Positions 56,217 to 64,000 of a stretch of 64,000 bases of DNA are shown here, one piece after another. The position numbers and the translations under genes were made by a program. The notes beneath the pieces are model-generated. The model had not been told where the DNA came from. It saw only the letters and a list, made by a program, of their open reading frames with translations, and did no database searches. Position 1 is the stretch's first letter, and the number at the start of each line of letters is the position of its first letter. The stretch spans positions 64,001 through 128,000 of the forward strand of contig CAXXGJ010000006.1 in assembly GCA_963677895.2 (NCBI GenBank). The letters run 5' to 3'. The DNA is from Treponemataceae bacterium (lineage in GTDB: Bacteria > Spirochaetota > Spirochaetia > Treponematales > Rectinemataceae).

Positions 56217-58022
56217 TCAGTTTTGCTCGCGCAGGACGAATGCCGCGAGGAGGCCCGCCAGAGCGGCGAGTCCGGCGGCCAGGATGATGCCGGTGGCTTG
56301 GGCCGGGGCCGGTTTCTTTTCCTCGTTCAGGACGCTCATGGTTATGGGGATGCCCGAGGCGGAGTCCGGACTCGCCGATTTCCCGAGCAGCCTGACCACG
56401 CCGAAATCGCGAGCCGCCAGGTAGGAAATGAGGGCAGCCTGCCTGGCCGGCAGGCCGACATAGGCGGCGGCGACAGCGTCCAGCGCCGCCTTGGCCACGG
56501 CGCTCGAGCCCGCTTCGTCCGTCGTATCGACGACTATCTTGATCAGGCTCGATTCAGTCTCATACAGGACCTCGGGCGCTTCGTGGAGCGTAGACGAGGC
56601 CTTCGTGGCGGCGCCTTCGGCCGCCTTGAGCACCTTGGCGTCGTCGGAGGCTTTCGTGATTAGGCCCGCCGGTTCCGGCACGAGGGGGTCGTTGAAATAA
56701 GCGCTCAGTTCGAGCCTGTGGTGTTCCACGTCCGCGGCGGCGCCGGCGGCCGGCACGATGAGGGCGCCAAGCGCGAGAACGGCGATCGCCGTCATTCCGA
56801 TTATCACGCGCCGGCTTTTCTTCTTTTTCTCTTCGCCCATTGTCATGCTCCTTGTCGCCGCGATGTCCTCGTCGGCTTTATGTTCTTTCGCCAAAAGGCA
56901 AATGCCCAGGAAATAACCGAGAAAACGCAGGCCTCCCGGATTTATCGTGTCGGAAGCTATCAGAAAAATGAACGCTATGAACGCGAGGTCGAAAAAGTCG
57001 GGCTTCCTGCCGAGGGACAGGGTTCTGGCCGCGAAAATCGCTATGAAGCCGGCCAGGGCGAAGAGTCCGTTTTCGAAGAGCATCGTCAGGTGGGAGTTGT
57101 GGCCTCCAAGGCCTTCTATCTTGAAACTCTGATAGATCGCTGTCCCTTCGAGGCTGTTCCCTAGAATTCTTATGTTGTCCGCTTCGTCCGTATAGCCCCA
57201 GCCGAAGAAGGGGCGCTCCGCGGCCATCGCCGTATAGCCCCGCCAGAGGTCGAGCCGTCCCGTGAGGATGTCGTTGAGGCGCTCGGGCCCCGCCACCATG
57301 ATGAGGAGAAGGGCTATGAGCGAGGCGGCATAGAGGGCCGTGGACAGGGTTTTTATGTGTATTTTGCCCTTGAGCGCGACGATGAGGGAGATGAAGGCGA
57401 AGGCGATGGGGCCCACGCGCCAGCCGCCCGCCAAGGAAAGAATGACGAGAAAGATTTCTCCCAGGGCAAAGGCGCCCAGCTTGAAAAGCCAGGCTTTTTT
57501 TCCCTTTCGTCTGTCGGCCGCGATGGTCGCGTAGAGGGGGAGCCAGAGGGCGAGAAGCCCCGGCGTGTTGCGATGCATGACTTCCCCGAACGAGAGGGGC
57601 GAACCCATTTTATAGCGGACATTGAACCAGTAGAAGGTCATGGCCACGGCGGTGGCGCCCAGCGCCTTGGCGAAGATGTCCTCGACCTTCCTCCGGGGGT
57701 ATGCCTGGAGGAGGGCGGCGCTTCCCGCGAGAATGAAGACGCGCGATCCGGACTTGGCGAAGGCCTTGAAGCTTCCATCGCCCAGGGCGAGCGCGACGAG
57801 GTCCTTGAGGGCTATGGCCGCGAAGAATCCCATGACGAGGAGGGCCCAGCGCGATTTGAGGACTTCCCGCCAGTTCAGGGCGAGGTACCAGGCCGAAACG
57901 GCCAGGATCAGGGCGGTTCCGATGCTATTCCAGTAGCTGAAGACGAAGGCTAGGGGAAGGATGAAGGGCAGGTAGCGGGCCGAGGTTTCAAGGAGCTTCG
58001 GCTTGAGCGATTCCAGTCTCAT
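56217..58022 (-). CDS. O-antigen ligase/polymerase family protein with a C-terminal Wzz/PCP-like extension
   Basis: Multi-TM region with TGRLDLW, P.FGWG, HNS.L..L.E.G; then TM, about 130-aa soluble region and a final TM. Confidence 0.75.
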   Translation of the reverse strand: MRLESLKPKLLETSARYLPFILPLAFVFSYWNSIGTALILAVSAWYLALNWREVLKSRWALLVMGFFAAIALKDLVALALGDGSFKAFAKSGSRVFILAGSAALLQAYPRRKVEDIFAKALGATAVAMTFYWFNVRYKMGSPLSFGEVMHRNTPGLLALWLPLYATIAADRRKGKKAWLFKLGAFALGEIFLVILSLAGGWRVGPIAFAFISLIVALKGKIHIKTLSTALYAASLIALLLIMVAGPERLNDILTGRLDLWRGYTAMAAERPFFGWGYTDEADNIRILGNSLEGTAIYQSFKIEGLGGHNSHLTMLFENGLFALAGFIAIFAARTLSLGRKPDFFDLAFIAFIFLIASDTINPGGLRFLGYFLGICLLAKEHKADEDIAATRSMTMGEEKKKKSRRVIIGMTAIAVLALGALIVPAAGAAADVEHHRLELSAYFNDPLVPEPAGLITKASDDAKVLKAAEGAATKASSTLHEAPEVLYETESSLIKIVVDTTDEAGSSAVAKAALDAVAAAYVGLPARQAALISYLAARDFGVVRLLGKSASPDSASGIPITMSVLNEEKKPAPAQATGIILAAGLAALAGLLAAFVLREQN

Positions 58023-58936
58023 GATCTCTCCTTGGAGGCTTTTCCCAGCTTCCTCGAGTCCATGATTTTAGCCGCCCAGCCGAGGGGCGAGGCCAGGATG
58101 GCGAGGGTTCGGCGCCCGGGTTCGAGTTCGCGCAGGGCGGCGCCGAAGGCTTTCGCGTGAAAGGCGAAGCGGCCGAAGTTGATCGCCTCGCGGAAGGCGG
58201 CCTTCGCGGGCAGGTCGAGTTCGAGTTTTTCCTTGTAGAAGAGTCTCGTGCCCAGGGGATTCCTTACACGCAGGGCAAGGCTCGCGGCCGAAAGTCCGCC
58301 GGGCAGGTAGTCGGCTTCATAGATCACCTTGTCGAGAAGGAAAAGTTTCCATCCCGCGCGCGCTATCCTGTTCCAGACCACGGCTTCGCTCATGAAGCGT
58401 TCCCCTTCGAACTCTGGGAAGGGAAAGGCGCGCAGGACTTCCGTCCTGAACACTTCGGCCTTGTCGGCCTTGATGCCGTATCGGTGGCGCAGCTCGATCG
58501 AGTCGGCCAGCGCGACGCCTTCCGGAAAATCGCCGGTTATGGGGCTTCCGTCGCCGTGGGCTTTCAGGCCGACGATGCCTCCGCAGTTCGCGTTTCCTTC
58601 GCAGCGCGGGACGGCCGAGGCGATGGAAGCGAGGGCATCGGGAGGGAGTCTGTCGTCCGAGTCCACCACGAAGGTCCAGTCGCCCGACACTAGTTCCATG
58701 CCTCTGTTCAGCGCCCGGTGTTTTCCCCCGTTGGGGAGGCTGAACGTGACGAGTCCGTAAGCGGTCTGGCCTTTCCAGGATTCGAGGAGGGCGGCCGTGC
58801 CGTCGCTCGACCCATCGTCCACGACGATCCATTCGAAGTCAGCGCGATTCTGCGCGTCCAGGGAGGCCTTGAGGGCTGGCAGCCTGTCCGCCCTGTTGTA
58901 GGCCGGGGTCAGCACGCTTATGAGGGGCTTCGGCAT
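58019..58936 (-). CDS. Glycosyltransferase family 2
   Basis: SVLTPAYNR, VDDGSSD, NGGKHRALN, VDSDD, FPEFEGE.F. Confidence 0.93.
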   Translation of the reverse strand: MPKPLISVLTPAYNRADRLPALKASLDAQNRADFEWIVVDDGSSDGTAALLESWKGQTAYGLVTFSLPNGGKHRALNRGMELVSGDWTFVVDSDDRLPPDALASIASAVPRCEGNANCGGIVGLKAHGDGSPITGDFPEGVALADSIELRHRYGIKADKAEVFRTEVLRAFPFPEFEGERFMSEAVVWNRIARAGWKLFLLDKVIYEADYLPGGLSAASLALRVRNPLGTRLFYKEKLELDLPAKAAFREAINFGRFAFHAKAFGAALRELEPGRRTLAILASPLGWAAKIMDSRKLGKASKERS

Positions 58937-58940
58937 TTCG

Positions 58941-60516
58941 TCATCTCCTTTCCGTATCGAGCCGGAGCGAGGCGCCGAGGGTGAGGGTCAGAAGGGGTTT
59001 CGTGTTTCCTTTCACGGGCGCGTAGATCCAGATGCCGGAATCGGCGGGCGCGACGCTGGTTTCCGAGGAAGCTATTTCAGGCGCTCTTAGCTCGAGGGCG
59101 TCGAAGGCGATGCCTCCCGCGACACTGCCGTAGAGCGTCCAGGCGCCGCGCTTCCAGTCGGCGTCGAGGCTGAGCATGAAGCGTTTTTCGAGCACGGGAT
59201 CGTCGAGCCAGTGGGTTCCGTCCTGAGGGTCCCTCAAAAGGTCGCCCCAGGCGTTGGCTGGGCTGTTGGAACCCGCGAGGCGGAACTCGAAGGCGGCGCC
59301 CAGATCCAGGTCGCCGAAGTCTTTCGCCCAATTCAGCCTCATGGCCAGGTTGTTCTGTCCGTAGAGGTAGCCGATCTGGTTGTCTTCTATGGCTATGGCG
59401 CGCGGCTGGAATCCCGCGCTTCCCGAGTCGATGTCGAAGCGGGTATCGGGATAATAAGTATAGCCATAGGCCGCCGTGCTCTGGATTTCGGCGAGGGTCG
59501 CGCCGCTGAAGTCGCCCACCTGGCGCGGCTCGAAGGTATATCTGGTCGCCCCCGCCACGTGGAAGCCGAAGCTGCCGGCCCGGGTTTCGAGGCTTCCGCC
59601 CGCGGTGGCGGCCAGCTGCCATGGGTTGTTCACCCATTCGCCCTATGCCAAAGGCGCCGAAATCGTCGACGAGGACCTGGGCGTCGGCAGCGAACTCGCC
59701 CGGCCGGCGCCAATCCCAGAAAATCCCCATGATGCTGTTGTCGTCGTAGCCTGTCGACCAGGGCCGGCCGCCCTGGCCGCTTATGTACTGAATGAGATAT
59801 TGGGGCACGGGGCTTAGGAAATATTCGGCGTCGAAATTTCGTCTCGCGTAGACGGCGATATCCTGGAAGCCGGCCCTCATTTCGCCGCCGGCGAATTTAA
59901 TGCCGTAGGTCTTGAGGTTGGCGCCTCTGTCGGGAAATCCATCGAAGTCGGATTCGGGCCAGCCGTCGGTGTTCATCGAGGAGTCATGGTTGAGCGATAT
60001 CCATCGCGTTTCGTAGAAGAATCTTTCGTCTTCGTATCGCGCGCGCATAATGAACGCCGAGAGGCCGCGGCCGTTAACCGCGAGAGAATAGGGCGAATCT
60101 ATTTCGTCGTAATGTCTAAATCGCCCAACTTCAAAAGTGAAATTGCCCGGCTTCGCCTTGATGCCTCCTTCTTCCATCATCGCGTATATATCGCCCAACG
60201 TTCCCATCGGCGTGTCGGCGAGGATGGGCGCGTATTTTCCGTCGGTTTGCGCCGAGGCTTCCGCCACGAGGCTGAAGATGCCCGCGTCGAAGCGGATCGC
60301 CGCCCCGAGGGAGGGAGAGAATCCGCGGTCCAGGAATTCTTCACCCAGGCTTCCCAGTCTTTCCGTGGCTTCGGCCTTGACGGTAAAGCTTAAGGACGAT
60401 GGCTGCTCCCCGTCGGCCGCGAAGGCGGGCATTGCGAAGATACGCACCGCGAAGATACGCGTCGCGAGGAGGGCCAGGGCGAACAGGATCGTCATTCCGG
60501 TTTTCGTCATTTTCAT
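58941..60516 (-). pseudogene. Outer-membrane beta-barrel protein (Wzi-like), frameshifted at about 59642
   Basis: Signal peptide and beta-strand pattern; removing one G from GGG (59641-3) joins ORF 59077-60516 to 58941-59633 (FGIGEWVNNPW). May be an assembly error. Confidence 0.65.
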
Positions 60517-60520
60517 ATCC

Positions 60521-62187
60521 TTAAAAATGGAGGCCGAGGCCGAGCCAGCCTTCGATTTTGCCCGCGTCGTAGCTTCCGGTTTGTATGAAATCGAGGAGGT
60601 CGTAGCCGAGCGACAGCCTGTATATGAAGGACCGCGCGTAGCGAGGGAAGACCGCCAGCTCGAAGCCGGCGCAGAGGATGCCGTCGCTTTGGAGGTCGAT
60701 TGCCTTGGTTGGATCGGCTCGGAGTATTCCCGCGTCGACGAAGGGAGTCGCGAGGACTTCGGCTTCCAGCTTGGACCAGGTGAAGAATTGGCCCTGCGCG
60801 AAGTTCAGGGGAAACTCGAGGTTGGCGATAAGGGCCAGGTCGCCGTAGCTCGCCGCCGAGATGCCTCGCACGTAGGTGCCCCAATCCACGTCGTCGTAGT
60901 TTCTCGTGTTGCCGAACATCGTCCAGCCGGCGTCCCAGCGGCCGCTCAGCCTGAAGTTGACGCCGAAAAGGTTCCTGAAGGCGAAAAAAGCGGTGGAATC
61001 GAGCGTGAGGATGATGTCCTGTTCCTTCGCGGGATCGCTTTCCAGCCAATGGCGCGTATAGCTCGCCGAAAGGTTCGCCGAACTGCCGCGCCTGAAGCTG
61101 CCGATCCAGTCCACGGCCGAGTAGCCTAAGCCCAAGCTGGCGCCCAGGGTGGGGTCGAGGGGAGCGAGACCGGGCAGCTCCATGTCGAAGGAGGCGCTCA
61201 GGCCCGGGTTCAGCGAGAGCGTCGCCCGCGAGGGAAGACCGAGCAGGGGTATGGATCCGGCGAGGGAGAGGTCGTTAGTCAGACTCTGCGCGACGGCGAC
61301 GTTTTTCTGCGCCTGGTACCCGGCCGTGGCCGAAAAGCTCCAGTCCTGGCCGCGGCCGAAGCGTCTGAGCGCCTTCACCGTGGCGTTCAGCGTCGGAAGC
61401 GTGTCGTCGATGTCGTAGACGTAGGATAGTCCGGGACTGATCGTCCATGCCTTGTCGGGTTCGCCCGTCGGGTAGTCAGAGCCGATCGAGACGTTTACGG
61501 CATCGAGGTCGATGTCGGATGGCGCGTCGTAGCGCAGGGAGCCGTCGAAGGACCAGGACCAGGTGTTGCCGAACATGAAGGGATAGACGCCGAAGCTGGC
61601 GCCCAGGATGGTGCGATTCAGCTCGAAGTATTCGTCCAGGTTTATGGTGAGGGCGTTGAGGGTTCCTAGAAAGTTGAAATCCTTGTAACGGAGCGCGAGC
61701 TGGAATCCGTCGTCGACGCTGTATTTGGGAAGGGAACGGCGAGTATCGTCCAGGTGTCCTTGGCCAGCACGACTATCCGGATGTCCGCGGGATCGGCGGG
61801 ATCCTCGGGCTCCGTAGGACCGCCCGGGGCTATCGGCTCGAAGCGTACCGTCGAGGAAAGGTCGAATATCGTATTGCTCCGGAGGAGGCGTTCCTTCGTT
61901 ATGACATAATCTTCGAGTTCGCGGGGAGAGGCGAATTCCTTGCCGACCCGTATGTCCAGATACGCGCGCAGGGCGGACTCCATGGTGTGGCCCTCAATTT
62001 CGTATCGCACGTCGGCGACGCGGAATCGCCCGACTTCGGGCGGCGTAGGCAGGCCGGGCTGGGCGGGTTGAGCCAGCTGGGCCGGCAAAGCTCCCGCCGC
62101 GGCGCTCAGGATGAGGATCAGCAGCGTCAGCTTCCATGTATGTCCAAGGCTATGGGCCTTTTTCAGCATCGTCATTTCCTTATTCAC
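60521..62187 (-). pseudogene. POTRA plus beta-barrel (Omp85/BamA-like) outer-membrane protein, frameshifted at about 61727
   Basis: POTRA-like N-terminus ending DTWT...P; +1 nt at 61724-61729 gives PKYSVDDGFQLALRYKDFNFLGT and continues into ORF 60521-61576, which ends GLGLHF. Confidence 0.7.
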
Positions 62188-62193
62188 GGGCTT

Positions 62194-63312
62194 TCAGCGC
62201 TGGTCCCGAATGCTGTCGTAGAGCGCGCCATAGCGTTCCACCATCAGCGCGGCCGAATATTCCTTCTGCCATGCCAGGCGCGCCTCCCTGCCCGCTTCTT
62301 CCCTGAACCGGTGGTTGGAGGCGAGGTTGGCGATGGCATCGGCGAAGGCGATCACCTCATTCCTGACGATATAGCCGTACGGCGTCTTGATGATCCGTCC
62401 GGACATCGCGCGTTCCGGGTCCATGGCCGCAAGGCCGAGCAGCTCCGGTATTCCGCCGACGCCGGAAGCCACGACGGAAAGGCCGGCCGAGAAAGCCTCG
62501 AGCAGGGACACGGGCATTCCTTCGTGTTCGGAGGCGAGGAGGAATATATCGGCCAGCCCCAGGTAAGCCGAGGCATTGGGCAGGGCGCCCATCGCGTTGA
62601 AGTTGGGGGGATCCAGCGGCGTTGGAGAGCCGCCGATCCAGAATATCTCGACATATCCTTCCAGCATCCTCGCCGCGGCCCGCAGGATGTCGACGCGTTT
62701 GGGCGGCGCGTCGCGCGCGATGGCCAGGGCGATGGTCATTCCTTTGGAGCGGGCGGCGCACATCGCCTCGGCGATTGGGTTGCCGGGCTTCAGGCTCCCC
62801 GATGATTCCCCGACGCCGTTGGGTATATAGAGCGCCCCGTAGCCGTCCCGGTTCATCGCGTCGCGATCGCGCCGGGATACGGCCACGACAGCCCCGCAGC
62901 GTTTTCTCAAGGCCTTGTCGATATGGAGAAGTTTTCGGTTCGCCGTTTTCAGCTGATCGTAGCCGTGCATCGTGTAAACAATCCTTCGCCGGTCGATTCC
63001 GCCCGCGAGCCTCCCGAGGGCGGCCGCCTTGGAGGTGTGGAGATGAAGGATGTCGGGCTTCCAGGAAGCGCAGAGTCGGGATATTTCGCCCAGGACGCGC
63101 AGATCGCGGGCGGGAGATATGGATCGCCGCAGGTTCGGCAGGGGGATGCGTTCGATCGCGGGATCGAGGTTGGCCCAGGCTTCCCCGTTTCCTTCGGGGC
63201 CGTAGGCTATGGCCACCTTGTGGCCCGCCGATCCGGCGCCCCCGGCGAGGATCGAGGCGATGGTCTGCCCGCCTCCGGGCTCCGATCGGGTTATGAGGTG
63301 AAGTATTCTCAT
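62194..63312 (-). CDS. Glycosyltransferase family 4
   Basis: ILHLIT..E.GGGQ, HLHTSKA, S.HEGMP.SLLEA. Confidence 0.92.
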   Translation of the reverse strand: MRILHLITRSEPGGGQTIASILAGGAGSAGHKVAIAYGPEGNGEAWANLDPAIERIPLPNLRRSISPARDLRVLGEISRLCASWKPDILHLHTSKAAALGRLAGGIDRRRIVYTMHGYDQLKTANRKLLHIDKALRKRCGAVVAVSRRDRDAMNRDGYGALYIPNGVGESSGSLKPGNPIAEAMCAARSKGMTIALAIARDAPPKRVDILRAAARMLEGYVEIFWIGGSPTPLDPPNFNAMGALPNASAYLGLADIFLLASEHEGMPVSLLEAFSAGLSVVASGVGGIPELLGLAAMDPERAMSGRIIKTPYGYIVRNEVIAFADAIANLASNHRFREEAGREARLAWQKEYSAALMVERYGALYDSIRDQR

Positions 63313-64000
63313 TTTTGGGATTCCTTCAGGCGGCCGTAAAGCTCAGCGTAGGCGCCGACGGTAGCCTCGATGGAGTATCCGGCCGCGCGCGCCTTCCCCG
63401 CGTCGACGGCGGTCTTTCGGGCATCGGGCTCTTCGAGTTCCAGGATTCGCCGGGCCGCCGCCGTCCACTCGCCCGCGGGAAACAGAAGCCCCGCCCCCGC
63501 CACCAGCGGCCCCAGCCCCGGGACGTCGGCGGCGGCCACGGGCAGCCCCGCGGCCATGGCCTCGAGCGCCGCTATGCCGAAACCTTCCTTGCGCGACGTC
63601 TGGAGGTAAACCTCGCAGGCGGCGAGAATTTCAGGCACGTCGTTCCTGGATCCCGTGAAGAGGCAGCGCTCTGCGACGCCCAGGGTCTTCGCGAGCCTCT
63701 CCATGCCGGGCTTTTCGTCGCCGTCGCCCACGAGGACGAGGGCGTGATTTTCGGGCAGGCTCGCGAGGGCGCGGATCGCCGTCTCGTGATCCTTGGCCGG
63801 CACGAAGCGCGCGACCATGACGATGCCGCATCGGCCGGCCAGCCAGGCGGCCACGTCGGCGGCGGGAGCGCGCGCCGAGGCGAATCGATCGAGAGGCACG
63901 CCGTTCGGCGCCACGGAAATCCCGCTTCCGCCCAGGCCGAGCCAGTCGCCGAGCGCCTGGGCCACCGAGGGGCTGACGCAGACGATGCTGTCGTAGCGGC
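63309..64000 (-). CDS. Glycosyltransferase family 4, 3' part only (starts beyond the window)
   Basis: NGV, VARF.PAKDH, G.R.DV, EGFGIAALEAMAAG. Confidence 0.9.
   Translation of the reverse strand, partial: RYDSIVCVSPSVAQALGDWLGLGGSGISVAPNGVPLDRFASARAPAADVAAWLAGRCGIVMVARFVPAKDHETAIRALASLPENHALVLVGDGDEKPGMERLAKTLGVAERCLFTGSRNDVPEILAACEVYLQTSRKEGFGIAALEAMAAGLPVAAADVPGLGPLVAGAGLLFPAGEWTAAARRILELEEPDARKTAVDAGKARAAGYSIEATVGAYAELYGRLKESQK

Noticed and set aside
60434..60460. 15-bp-period duplication encoding RIFAV-RIFAM in a signal peptide
   Set aside because: Two in-frame copies only; a simple slippage event, not an array.
1..64000. CRISPR arrays, tRNA, rRNA or prophage genes
   Set aside because: No regularly spaced repeats, cloverleaf or rRNA signatures, or phage structural genes were recognised by eye.

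Overview
Bacterial window, probably from an environmental spirochaete (inferred from gene style and the Treponema-like outer-membrane proteins; not provable here). It has five blocks. (1) 1-19.8 kb: AT-rich, minus-strand Wzx/Wzy surface-polysaccharide cluster with GDP- and dTDP-amino-deoxysugar genes, interrupted by a decayed IS5 and by an IS66 carrying a nested IS3. (2) 19.9-25.7 kb: UDP-uronic acid genes (ugd, UDP-GlcA epimerase, a plant-type galacturonokinase homologue, a nucleotidyltransferase), split by an IS110 whose 5' non-coding end contains bridge-RNA guides matching its own flanks. (3) 26.4-39.6 kb: a degenerate AbiE pair, then an AT-richer ribose/nucleoside island with a signal-peptide-bearing nucleoside hydrolase, a full ribose-type ABC importer under a sigma54 promoter, and a second ABC set whose ATPase is fused to a PAS-histidine kinase beside an NtrC-type regulator (candidate transporter-derived sensor). 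(4) 39.7-52 kb: GC-rich DHAP-shunt operon (mtnK, aldolase, mtnA, ABC importer, SorC-type repressor) that shares an operator-like motif with an EamA/aldehyde:ferredoxin oxidoreductase operon. (5) 52-64 kb: ECF sigma/anti-sigma module, DEAD-box helicase and GC-rich envelope glycosylation genes, two of them frameshifted. No rRNA, tRNA or CRISPR array was seen.
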